This document shows positions 44,038 to 53,644 of a stretch of DNA of 64,000 nucleotides, one piece after another. The stretch covers positions 32,787 to 96,786 of the forward strand of contig CAVPGK010000020.1 of the NCBI GenBank assembly GCA_963703955.1, written 5' to 3'. Below the pieces are notes generated by a model that had not been told where the DNA came from, made no database searches, and saw nothing but the letters and a program-made list of their open reading frames with translations. The position numbers were made by a program, and so were the translations under genes. Source of the DNA: Nitrospirota bacterium (GTDB lineage: Bacteria > Nitrospirota > Nitrospiria > Nitrospirales > Nitrospiraceae). Every line of letters starts with the position of its first letter. Position 1 is the first letter of the stretch.

Positions 44038-45528
44038 CTAGAAATATGTCGCTGCCGAGATGACAAAGGCATTGCCATGGGTACGCTCTTGAGTATTGGG
44101 ATTGAACCACATGGGCTGGTACTGATAGCTGATCTTAAAGACCGTGTCTTCGACAGGTCGATAGTTCAGACCGAAGGAGATCTGTTCCAGATCGCCGAAC
44201 CCACCCTTATTATCTAGGTTCGTGTTGACACGGTCGTAGCGAATGACTGCCGTAAAGGTTGAGCCTTCTCCAAAACGCTTGGGGGAAAACCTGGTCAAGA
44301 ACTCTGGCATGAAATGGTAATTGCCTTGGATGTAGAAGCCGCTCGAGCGTTCAGGAGGAATGCCGGCCCCGCTGTCTCCGGGTTGTCCGGTCAGCAGTGT
44401 ACCAGGGTCAAAGCCGATCGTATTTCCCGGAATCGCCAGGGAATTATTTCTGGCGTAGGACCAGGCCGCCTCACCAATCAGTTCAAACGGACCTCGTTCA
44501 AGCGTCCAATCGACGGCAATGATGCTCAAAGGGTTGTAGGCCACATTAGGGGCCATGTTGCCGTAATAACCTGATCCGGCCACTTCCACGCCGAGCAACG
44601 GACTGAATGCCAATCGGCCGACAACCGCTTTGCCGTTGTTGATATCGAATCCGTCATCCGTGGCGCATTTTCGTTGCCTGGCCCCCCGGGTTCCGCTCTC
44701 CTCGTTGATGGTGGGGGTTCCGTCCGTTTCATATCCGCATGGTCCGTTCGTGAAGTAGAATTCATAGTCCAACTTGGACAACTGCGTCGGGTAAAAGGTT
44801 CCATAGAAGCCCGCGCCGGTTTCTGCAACCGTGGTGGGGATGACGAATTGACTGACCAATGGCCGATCCGTTAGATCGTTGAGCGGGGAGTCGTGGAGCA
44901 GGTTGAACTTGCCGATCGGGAGCAAGAGGATGCCGGCGCGGAGATTGAAGGGTTCTTTGACCAGATAATCGATAAAAGCGAATTCGAGGCCGAACTCCAA
45001 TTCTCGATCTGGGCCACCTTCTTCCCGGATCCCGTGCTCGATTTCAATCTCGGCCGCCATTTTCACATGCTCCGTGATGTCGGCGTAGATGAACGGCACG
45101 AAGCGTTGCTGATCAAAATTGTTCGTAATGCCTCCGAATCCATTCTCAATGTTCGCCTGCTGTTCGCTTCGAAACTGGATGTCCATATAGCCGCCGACGA
45201 TCGCCTTCGGTGCCGCCACAAATGGCTTGGCGTAGACCAGACGACCGGACCCGGTGGAACCGAAAGACAAAGCCGGCTGCTTTTCCGCCCGCCGTTCTCG
45301 TCCAACCTCGGGAAGTGGCCCAATACCAGGCTCTGTAGATGGTTCCTCTGGTCTCATCACTTCTGGTCTTTCCACGCCCGGAGGCATACGCTTCTCTTCC
45401 GTTTCACGTTGCTGCAACTGCTCTTCCAATCTCTTGATTCGTTCTTCCAGGGTCTTGTCCTGGGCCAACGCCGGCCATACCAGCACCGGACAGAGCGCCA
45501 GAGCCCAGAAGAGTGATTGCATCCTCAT
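44038..45528 (-). CDS. Outer-membrane beta-barrel (porin-like) with N-terminal coiled coil
   Basis: Signal peptide, LEERIKRLEEQL coil, EIEIEH, amphipathic strands, C-terminal YF; GGAGG SD. Confidence 0.82.
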   Translation of the reverse strand: MRMQSLFWALALCPVLVWPALAQDKTLEERIKRLEEQLQQRETEEKRMPPGVERPEVMRPEEPSTEPGIGPLPEVGRERRAEKQPALSFGSTGSGRLVYAKPFVAAPKAIVGGYMDIQFRSEQQANIENGFGGITNNFDQQRFVPFIYADITEHVKMAAEIEIEHGIREEGGPDRELEFGLEFAFIDYLVKEPFNLRAGILLLPIGKFNLLHDSPLNDLTDRPLVSQFVIPTTVAETGAGFYGTFYPTQLSKLDYEFYFTNGPCGYETDGTPTINEESGTRGARQRKCATDDGFDINNGKAVVGRLAFSPLLGVEVAGSGYYGNMAPNVAYNPLSIIAVDWTLERGPFELIGEAAWSYARNNSLAIPGNTIGFDPGTLLTGQPGDSGAGIPPERSSGFYIQGNYHFMPEFLTRFSPKRFGEGSTFTAVIRYDRVNTNLDNKGGFGDLEQISFGLNYRPVEDTVFKISYQYQPMWFNPNTQERTHGNAFVISAATYF

Positions 45529-45531
45529 GGC

Positions 45532-45590
45532 AAACCTCCCATGTTATGTAGATGGAATGGTCTGACTCGGGACTCTGGGGTCTCTGGCCT
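45532..45590 (-). promoter_or_regulatory. Com-target-like site A plus SD-sequestering hairpin in the porin leader
   Basis: Minus strand AGGCCA-GAGACCC-CA-GAGTCCC-GAGTC, then AGACCATTCCAT/ATGGGAGGTTT. Confidence 0.6.
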
Positions 45591-45652
45591 ACGTAAAGCT
45601 CTATGTCAGAATCTGACCGCTTGCTGGTCGACCTCCTTTGGTAACAGTTCCA

Positions 45653-45829
45653 TTACCCCGACGCTGTCCAGTCTTCAATCAAGGCGAATGGAATGACAAC
45701 GATCCTCTTACACCGCTTGCACTTCAGTTCAAGACCTTGGCTAAGAACCTTGGCGATCAACTGGCCGCATTCGCATCGTGTTTCGCTCTTGGCAGTAGAA
45801 GCGTGCATTGGCGATTTCTGGTTCAACAT
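45653..45829 (-). CDS. Com-like zinc-ribbon protein, paralog A (alternative start 45853)
   Basis: ETRCECGQLIAK...LELKCKRCKRIVVI. Confidence 0.8.
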   Translation of the reverse strand: MLNQKSPMHASTAKSETRCECGQLIAKVLSQGLELKCKRCKRIVVIPFALIEDWTASG

Positions 45830-45855
45830 CGTTTCTGCTTTTAAGAACCTCAATT

Positions 45856-45902
45856 GAAATTGAGAACAATTATTAATATCCTAAGCAGCAAATTCGTGTC
45901 AA
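45856..45902 (-). promoter_or_regulatory. sigma70 promoter overlapped by a Fur-box-like site
   Basis: Minus strand TTGACA (45902-45897)-18nt-TATTAA; GAAATTGAGAACAATTATT matches 13/19 of GATAATGATAATCATTATC. Confidence 0.65.
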
Positions 45903-46022
45903 GGGTTTTTTTGGCATCGGATGCGTGCCGGGTAGGCGAGGGTCGATTTTTCGAAGGCCTAACGGTATGCTTGCTCGGGGGCTCCTCTGGGTTGCCGTCT
46001 TGGAGAAGCTGCATCCAGAAAG

Positions 46023-46967
46023 GTGGCGAAAATGAAGCTGAGGTGGGTTTCAAAGCATCAACACGAGCGTGACGCGGACTGCGTTGCATCAGTTATTTCT
46101 CGTTCCTTCCTGTTCGGCTTCATGTTCTCCAGTCTGCTCCTCACGAGCCTGCCTGGCTGTGCGCCTAAGCCTAAGGAACGCAAACGGCTGACGACCGAGA
46201 ATTATGTGATCGTCGACGATTATTCTGGAACGGAGGCGGGTGAATATAACAACCGGGGCGTGACGAGAATGCTCCGTGGGGATCTTCGTGGGGCTGTGGA
46301 GGATTTCACGGAGGCCGTCAAGCGAGACCCTGAAGAGCCGGGGTATTATGAGAATCTCGGCTGGGCACAGTTTCAGTTGGAGCACTACCAAGCAGCACTG
46401 GAGGCCCTGGATCATGCCGTGAAGCTCAAGTCGGATGATCCGGAAATCTATTGGAAGCGTGGAGTGGTCAAGGGACAGTTGCAGAATTACCAGGGAGCGA
46501 TCAAGGATTTCACGAAAGTGATCGCGATTGATTCAAAACTTGCGAAAGGCTACGGCGACCGCGCGGTGGCTGAAGCGATGCTTCATGACTGGCCCAGTGT
46601 CATCGCTGATTCGACAGAAGCGATCCGCTTGGCTCCCGCTAATCCGCTCTATTATCAGAACCGGGGGTTGGCGCGTTCGAAGACGGCGGATTTCAACGGG
46701 GCCGTGAAGGATTACTCCGAAGCGTTGAAGCTGGCCCCGGATGAACCTTCCCTCTACATCATGCGAGCGGAGGCCAGAATGCAACTATCGGATCGTGATG
46801 GATCGTTGGAGGATCTGGACAAGATCATCAGAATCAAGCCCGATCTTGTTCAGGCGTATCACTTGCGCGCGAAAGTTAGGAGTCAGCTCGGGGATGAGCT
46901 TGGGGCAAAGGCAGATATCGACGAAGCCGCCCGGCTCAGTCAGAGGCTCCAGGATCACCAACCGTAA
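46023..46967 (+). CDS. TPR-repeat lipoprotein (start probably further downstream)
   Basis: LPGC lipobox and tandem TPRs (Y.NRG...GA..DF..A). Confidence 0.85.
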   Translation: MAKMKLRWVSKHQHERDADCVASVISRSFLFGFMFSSLLLTSLPGCAPKPKERKRLTTENYVIVDDYSGTEAGEYNNRGVTRMLRGDLRGAVEDFTEAVKRDPEEPGYYENLGWAQFQLEHYQAALEALDHAVKLKSDDPEIYWKRGVVKGQLQNYQGAIKDFTKVIAIDSKLAKGYGDRAVAEAMLHDWPSVIADSTEAIRLAPANPLYYQNRGLARSKTADFNGAVKDYSEALKLAPDEPSLYIMRAEARMQLSDRDGSLEDLDKIIRIKPDLVQAYHLRAKVRSQLGDELGAKADIDEAARLSQRLQDHQP

Positions 46968-47029
46968 CCGCTCAGCTCGAGGTCCACCTCTTGAAATAGT
47001 AAGAGCGATCACGTCGGTTTCAGAAAGCC

Positions 47030-47635
47030 ATGCGATCCATGATTCTGCTGACAGTGGTGGCATTGAGCGTTCTCCCATTTTCATGCGCGACCGAGCTTGC
47101 GGTCCGTCCCGAAAGCGATGAATTGAAGACCCCCGTTGTCTTTGGTCGGGTGGTCGCTTTGCTGACCGGCCAATCGCGCCGATGGTATGGACCCGAAGTC
47201 AGATTCTTTGAATTGGTGAACCGACAAACCAGAGAGCGTTTCACTGTAGACCTCCAGTCGGATAATCAAGTATTTGTCCTTCATCTCCCCGTCGGTGAAT
47301 ACCAGTTGACGCGCGTGCAAATCAGTGAAGGCCCCTTCATGTCGATGGCGTACTTTGCGTCCACGATCGAGATCGGCCAAGACCCCGTTACCTATGTGGG
47401 GACCTGGCGGTTCGGGGTGGACGGGCCTCGATACGGGCGTATGATCGTGATCTCGGCTGTTCAGGATCATCAAGACCAGGCTCAGGCAATAGAAGAGGTC
47501 ACCGAGCAGTTTCCTGATCTCGACCGGCAAAATATTGTCACCGCCTTGCCCGCGCCCACCGAAGCCGAATTCCACCTTTACGAAGTGATGCCCTATCCCC
47601 GATACCCACGATATTTCCGTCGCCATTGGTGGTAG
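47030..47635 (+). CDS. Hypothetical lipoprotein
   Basis: Signal peptide ending PFSC; coupled to apbE. Confidence 0.7.
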   Translation: MRSMILLTVVALSVLPFSCATELAVRPESDELKTPVVFGRVVALLTGQSRRWYGPEVRFFELVNRQTRERFTVDLQSDNQVFVLHLPVGEYQLTRVQISEGPFMSMAYFASTIEIGQDPVTYVGTWRFGVDGPRYGRMIVISAVQDHQDQAQAIEEVTEQFPDLDRQNIVTALPAPTEAEFHLYEVMPYPRYPRYFRRHWW

Positions 47636-47646
47636 GAGGGTTTCTG

Positions 47647-48687
47647 ATGGTCCGTTTTTCTGCCGGTCTGAAAATCCTTCCAGTGGTAACTGGGATCTTG
47701 TGTCTTGCCCTGGTCCTTCTAACCCATTCTCTGCAAGCCTCAGGTCCCGCTATCGCGAAGCGAAGTCAGATGTTGATGGGAACACTCGTCTTTGTCACGT
47801 CGGTGGCACCCGATGCCCCGACCGCTCAGCGAGCCGCTTCTGCAGGGCTAGCGGAGATTCGCCGGCTGGAAGAACTGTTGAGTACCTGGATTCCGAGCAG
47901 TGAGGTTTCCCGTGTGAACGCAGCCGCAGGTCGCGAAGCGGTGAGGGTCAGCCCCGACACGCTCCTGATACTGAAACGTTCCTTGGAAATCGCCGAGCTC
48001 ACCGAGGGCGGATTCAACATTACGATCGGCCCGGCGGTTGAGGCATGGAGCGTGGCCGAAGCGCAGAGCATTCCGAACGAGGCACAACTGGTCAAGCTCC
48101 GACCTCTCGTCGATTTGAGCAATCTTCAGATCAACGATGGTGAGGGCACCGTGTTTCTGACCCGCGCGGGGATGCAAATCGATGTCGGTGGAATCGGGAA
48201 GGGGTTCGCCGTGGATCGGGCCGTAGCAGCGATGCAATTGGCAGGGGCCACAGGGGGGGTGGTGGCGTTATCCGGTGACATCAAGACCTTTGGTCGAATG
48301 CCCGACGGTGAGCCGTTCATGTTCGGGATCCAACACCCTAGAAAGGAAGGTGCGTTGCTGGCACGCATCGAGCTCCAGAATGAAGCGATCTCGACGGCAG
48401 GGGACTACGAGCGTTTCTTCGAGCGCGACGGAGTTCGCTATCATCATATCCTTGATCCACACACGCTCCAACAGGCCCGTGACTGTCAAAGCGTGACCGT
48501 CATTGCCCGAGAAGGCGTAATGGCCGATGGATTGGACACCGGGATTTTTGTCCTGGGGCCTGAACGCGGCCGGGAACTGATTGAGCGGCTCCCGGAAGTC
48601 GAAGCCGTGATTGTCGATCGCCAAGGCAAGGTGTGGATCTCGTCAGGCCTGCGAGGCCGAGTGCACATGGAACCCACGAGCCCATGA
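47647..48687 (+). CDS. apbE: FAD:protein FMN transferase
   Basis: LMGT, DVGGIGKG, STAGDYER, YHHILDP, ADGLDT. Confidence 0.93.
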   Translation: MVRFSAGLKILPVVTGILCLALVLLTHSLQASGPAIAKRSQMLMGTLVFVTSVAPDAPTAQRAASAGLAEIRRLEELLSTWIPSSEVSRVNAAAGREAVRVSPDTLLILKRSLEIAELTEGGFNITIGPAVEAWSVAEAQSIPNEAQLVKLRPLVDLSNLQINDGEGTVFLTRAGMQIDVGGIGKGFAVDRAVAAMQLAGATGGVVALSGDIKTFGRMPDGEPFMFGIQHPRKEGALLARIELQNEAISTAGDYERFFERDGVRYHHILDPHTLQQARDCQSVTVIAREGVMADGLDTGIFVLGPERGRELIERLPEVEAVIVDRQGKVWISSGLRGRVHMEPTSP

Positions 48688-48774
48688 TCTATCCGTGCGA
48701 CGGCCATGAGCAAAGGAAGCCTCCCTATTCCATCGGATGGCTACCAGGATCCGACGACGATGTAGTGGGACCCT

Positions 48775-49149
48775 TCAAGACCGTTCGACTTCAAGGCTGA
48801 CCTGGTGAAATCCGAGGCCTCGCACCTGGTCCACCACGTGAACAAACCGCTCCAACAGGGTGACGCGGTCAGCTCGGACCACCACCAACGATTCCCTGGG
48901 TTGAGAGTTGAGGCCAACCTTGAGACCATCCTCGGATACTGGCTGATTGTTCAAGAACAATTGCCCATTCGCAGTTAAAGTGATGACCAGTGGGACGTCC
49001 TTGCGGTCGCCGGCTTCCTTCGCTTTGGCGAGATCGACCGGAATCTGTCCGGTCGAGATGAAGGTTGCCGTGGTTAGGACGATGACCAACAATACCAGCA
49101 TGACGTCGACAAGCGGGATCACGTTGATCTGATCGAGCTCACGTTCCAT
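48775..49149 (-). CDS. exbD: Biopolymer transport protein ExbD
   Basis: INVIPLVDVMLVLL, VRAD. Confidence 0.92.
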   Translation of the reverse strand: MERELDQINVIPLVDVMLVLLVIVLTTATFISTGQIPVDLAKAKEAGDRKDVPLVITLTANGQLFLNNQPVSEDGLKVGLNSQPRESLVVVRADRVTLLERFVHVVDQVRGLGFHQVSLEVERS

Positions 49150-49564
49150 GCTGCACCTTGTATAAGGTGATCAATTCGCTGACACGCCGCCGAAGCGCAT
49201 TATTCATCGCCACGCATGGAATGGCCACCAGCAGGCCGACCGCGGTCGCCTTTAAGGCTAAACTCAGACCGATCATGATCGTGCTGACCGCCATCGTGCC
49301 CGAGGTTCCCATAGTGTGGAACGTTAGCATGATGCCGAGGACAGTACCCAGCAGGCCAATGTAGGGCGCATTGGCGGCAACGGTTCCGATAACCACGAGT
49401 CGTCTTGTCAGCGTGATCTCAAACACCTGCTGATTCGGAAATTGCTTTACGTCCACCCGCTGATAGAACCGCCAGCGCTCGAAGGCGACGGCCACCGCCC
49501 AGATGCTGAGCGCGAGCAAGACCCCGATTACCCCATAGTCCACAATGTCTTTTAAGGCGTCCAT
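49139..49564 (-). CDS. exbB: Short ExbB/MotA-family proton channel
   Basis: APYIGLLGTVLGIM, ALKATAVGLLVAIP. Confidence 0.92.
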   Translation of the reverse strand: MDALKDIVDYGVIGVLLALSIWAVAVAFERWRFYQRVDVKQFPNQQVFEITLTRRLVVIGTVAANAPYIGLLGTVLGIMLTFHTMGTSGTMAVSTIMIGLSLALKATAVGLLVAIPCVAMNNALRRRVSELITLYKVQHGT

Positions 49565-49665
49565 TCGTCTACCTCACAAACCAAGTGCGTCGATTTCACC
49601 GTGTGTATCGATGCCAGAACTCCCGGAAGACTGTCAACCGGAAAGATCGCAATGCCCTGCGTCGG

Positions 49666-50802
49666 TCATCCGGCATCACGCTTGACCTGTTCGAAAAGAA
49701 CCGTGTGAGTCGCAATGACTCTGATTTCGACGCTTGTGCCGACCGGATAGATGGCAGTGGAGGGTTCGCTGCTGTGGATGACTTGGCCGGAGGGTAGGCC
49801 GATCGTGTACACGTTTTCCGAGCCACGGAATTGCCTGGCTAGAATCCGAGTGCTGCTCTCTTCATTCGGGATGATATGGATGTCGTCCGGTCGGATCATG
49901 ACCACAACCTTGGCTCCGCCTTGATATCCCACCTGATTCGGAAAGGCACCGATTTCCGTGAGAACGTCGCCGTCTTCAACGACTCCGGGAATAAAATCCG
50001 CCTGGCCGACAAAGTCCGCCACGAACGGGGAGGATGGTGTATGGTAAATCGCCTCCGGCACGTCGATTTGCTCCAAGCGGCCGTTGTTCAATACGGCGAT
50101 ACGGTCGGCCATGGCAAAGGCCTCATCATGATCATGGGTCACCAGCAAGGCCGTCGTTTTTGTCTGCCTCAGAAGGTGCAGGAGATCCTCTCGCATCTTT
50201 CCCGTCATGTCCGGGTCCAAGTTGCTGAAAGGTTCATCCAGCAGGAGCACGACCGGTTTCTGGGCCAACGCTCGTGCCAGCGCGACCCGCTGCTGTTGTC
50301 CCCCCGAGAGCTCGTGAGGATAGCGACGCTCAAGGCCGGTGAGTCCGACCATCGCCAACATAGCGTGAACTTCGACTGCTCGCTCCCGCGAAGGAAGATG
50401 CCGAAGCCCGAACCCCACATTGTCGAGAACTCGCAGATGAGGAAAGAGCGCATACTCCTGAAACACCATGCCGACCCGTCGACGTTCGGTGGGAATGAGA
50501 AACCCCGGGGCTGAAGCCAGCTCGCCTTGCAGATACACCTCGCCCGAGACAATCGGTTCGAATCCGGCGATCGCTCGTAGAGTGGTGGTTTTTCCACAGC
50601 CCGAAGGACCCAGCAGACAGAGGATTTCACCCTCGTGCGCACAGAAGGAGATGTTCGCGATGGCCGACCGCGCCGGCTCATACGCGCAGGACACGTTCCG
50701 AAGCTCGACGATGGGGCGAAGCATGGGCTCATTCGTCCGCTGGTTCGCTGGAGGCACCTTCACTGGCTGGCATTGATCCGTCCGTATCACTACGGGCCTC
50801 AT
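49666..50802 (-). CDS. Fe3+ ABC transporter ATPase (FbpC-like; start uncertain)
   Basis: GPSGCGKT, LSGGQQQR, LLLDEPFS. Confidence 0.9.
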   Translation of the reverse strand: MRPVVIRTDQCQPVKVPPANQRTNEPMLRPIVELRNVSCAYEPARSAIANISFCAHEGEILCLLGPSGCGKTTTLRAIAGFEPIVSGEVYLQGELASAPGFLIPTERRRVGMVFQEYALFPHLRVLDNVGFGLRHLPSRERAVEVHAMLAMVGLTGLERRYPHELSGGQQQRVALARALAQKPVVLLLDEPFSNLDPDMTGKMREDLLHLLRQTKTTALLVTHDHDEAFAMADRIAVLNNGRLEQIDVPEAIYHTPSSPFVADFVGQADFIPGVVEDGDVLTEIGAFPNQVGYQGGAKVVVMIRPDDIHIIPNEESSTRILARQFRGSENVYTIGLPSGQVIHSSEPSTAIYPVGTSVEIRVIATHTVLFEQVKRDAG

Positions 50803-50834
50803 CAGGGATTTTCTTAATATTTTTACCAATGAAA

Positions 50835-50916
50835 ATGCGCAAAATGGTCAGCCAGGAAGGCCGGGGGCCAGAAAACGACCGGAGCCGTACCCTCGGTAGC
50901 GAGGACCATTTTCAAC
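50835..50916. repeat. Divergent copy of the palindromic intergenic element
   Basis: ATGCGCAAAATGGTC...GACCATTTTCA inverted ends, AAGGCCG interior. Confidence 0.45.
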
Positions 50917-50919
50917 TGG

Positions 50920-52516
50920 CTACGCTGCACGCCAATCCTTCGCCCCTAACAGCAACAGCGCAGGTAAGGTCATGACGACAATGAGAAGCGCCGCCGGAGC
51001 GGCGAGCTGATAGTACTCTTCGCTGGCCTCGAGCCATACCCTGACGGCAAGCGTATCAAACCCTACGGGACGCAACAACAGTGTCGCCGGCAACTCTTTC
51101 ATGCATTGGAGGAACATCAAGACCCATGCGGCGATGAAACCGCCTCTCACCAGGGGAAGAGTGACTCGCATGAGGATCAACCGCGTGGTATGGCCTAAGC
51201 TCCGCGCCGCTTCCTCCAAATTGGGCGTTACCTGCTGAAGAGCAGGCTCCATGGTCTGCAAGCCGGCCGGCAAAAAATGGAGAACATACGCGACGATCAA
51301 GACAACGACCGATCCATACCAGAATGGAGCCAGATGGGAAAACAAGACAAGAATGGCCAAGGCGCCCACGGGTCCCGGTAGCACGTAGCCTGCATAGGCG
51401 GCTTGTAGGCATAGGAGGTTGATCCGTGATGACTTTCGTGTGGCGAAGTACATGAGCGGTGTGCCAACCAGGACGGCAATCGTGGCCGCCAGTCCGGACA
51501 AGAACGCACTGTTCCACAAGAAACCCAGAAATCGGCTATCGATCGCTCCCTCAACCAGGGCGACACCGGTCCATTTTATCAGCAATAAAGCTGGGAGGCC
51601 GAAGGAAGCTCCGAGCACGACGGAAAGATAGATTAAGATGAGCACCGTCCCTATGGGGCCGCACCGTGTCCGTTCTGCCGTCCGGTAGCGGCCGGCGGTC
51701 TGGTAAAAGCGGCTACGCTGTCGAAACCAGCGCTCAGTTGCAAGGAAGAGCAAGGCGAAGCAAACCAAGAGGAGGCTCAACACCGCTGCGGCTGAGTGGT
51801 CATACCGGCCGGTGATTTGTTGGTAGACCGCATAGGTAAAGGTCTGGTAGCGAAGGAGCGAGACGGCACCGAAATCCGAGACCACATAAAGAATCACGAG
51901 GGATAGTCCCGCCACGGTCGCTGGGCGCAATAGCGGCAACGTGACACGGAACAAGGTTGCCAGGCGGGAGGCGCCGCAGGCTCGAGCCACTTCCTCAAAC
52001 GACACGTTGAAGTTCAACAAGGCCGCCCGAGTGAGGAGATAGACAAACGGGAAGGTGTCGAACGTCATGACCAGTGTCGCGCCGGCATAACTGTACGGGG
52101 AGAAGACCTGACCTTGCGGGCCAACCCACATCTGCCAGGTGCGCTCGATCGGTCCCCCCGTGCCCAGCAGATAGGCGTATATGTAGGCCAGCACGTAGGT
52201 GGGTATGGTGAGGGGCAAGACCAGAGCCCACTCCCACATGCGCCGGCCGACAAACTCGAACCGGACGACAAGCCAAGCGAGCGACACGCCAAGGAGCAGC
52301 GTGCCGATCGCTACTCCCGCCGCCAGCCACGCGGTATTGACCAAGAGTTCTGGAATCCGCGTGTGCCACAGACGACTCCAAACCGCAGGCGGGGAGGCCG
52401 AGTGCCAAGCCGATGATATAGGTGATCGGGAGGAAGATAATTGCCGCTACGAGGACCGCGAGAACCGACAGGGGGGAAGGCAGGAGCTGTCGGCCCGCAC
52501 TGGTGATTGATGGCAC
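50920..52516 (-). CDS. Fe3+ ABC transporter permease (FbpB-like; indel near 52400)
   Basis: Two EAA loops (FEEVARACG, LEEAARSLG), KELPATLLLRP. Confidence 0.9.
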
Positions 52517-52522
52517 GTTGGG

Positions 52523-53570
52523 TCACCGTAGTCCCGGCCTGTTCGATCAGCGTCATGGCGGGTTCTCTCAATTCACCGAGTCGGACCAATGGAACGGTGG
52601 CTGTCCGAAAACTCTGTCGTGCTGGGAGGGCAGGATCGGCGGCGACGCCCGGTCGGAGTGGATACTCCTTGTTGAGCTCCGCAAACATTTTCTGACCGTC
52701 GGGAGAAATGAGGAATTCAACGAGGCGCTTGGCGAGGCCCACATGCCGAGAATGTTTGACGATCCCGACCCCGGCGGCATTGAGGATCGCCCCCATGCCC
52801 CCTTCCTGTTGGTCCGGCATTATGACCGCTATCGGCGCGCCGGGCTGAGTTTCCAAATGTCGATAGACGTAGTAATGGTTGACGATACCGAGTGCTGCCT
52901 GGCCCTTTGCCACCGCATCGACGATTTGGGAACTCTTCCCATACACTTGGCTCCCCGCGTTGGCTTTGAGCCCTTGCAGAAATCCCTGTGTCCGGTCGTC
53001 CCCGTAGGCAGCTTTGATGACCGACACTCCGGCCTGCAGGTATTCACTGCCGGCGTTCGGAATCGCGATCTTCCCTTTCCACCGCGGGTCAGCCAGATCC
53101 AAGATGGACGTGATCTCGGTCGCTTTCACCTGTGTGGTGTTATACACCACGATCCAAAGCCTCGCGGAAATTCCGACCCAACTATTATCCGTCGATCGAA
53201 AGGCCGCTGGAATGTTTCCGTCGAGCTCTGCCAAGTCTAATGGGCGCAGCAGCCCCAATTCCCGAGCCCGTTCCAGGCTTCCGGCGTCGTTGGTAACAAA
53301 GAGGTCGGCTGGCGTCCGTTCCCCCTCGGCATGTAAGCGGTTCACCAGTTCCGTGGTTGGGGAAGAGAGCAGATCGATCTGAATCCCGGTCTTCTCTTGA
53401 AACACATCGAGAACCGGCTTGATAAGGCGTTCAGCGCGACCGGAATAGATGACCAAACGATCCACCGCGTAGCCGTCACTCAGAAACAAGTGCACAGTCG
53501 AGAGTGCCAGCATGATCGCGATCATCCGTGTCCATCGGAGTATGAAAACGGGAAGAGGTATCACAAGCAT
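52523..53570 (-). CDS. Fe3+ ABC transporter periplasmic binding protein (FbpA-like; indel in last codons)
   Basis: IYSGR, VNHYY tyrosine ligands, EYP; expected EQAGLR* end restored by removing one G. Confidence 0.88.
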
Positions 53571-53644
53571 ATGTTCTTCCTTCGTTAAAACTGAAAATGA
53601 AACTGATTCAGCATCTCAAAAAGACTAATAAAAAAAGGGAGCAG

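Noticed and set aside
41985..45853. Prophage remnant implied by the Com-like genes
   Set aside because: No mom/methylase, structural, integrase or transposase genes; all neighbours are iron or envelope genes
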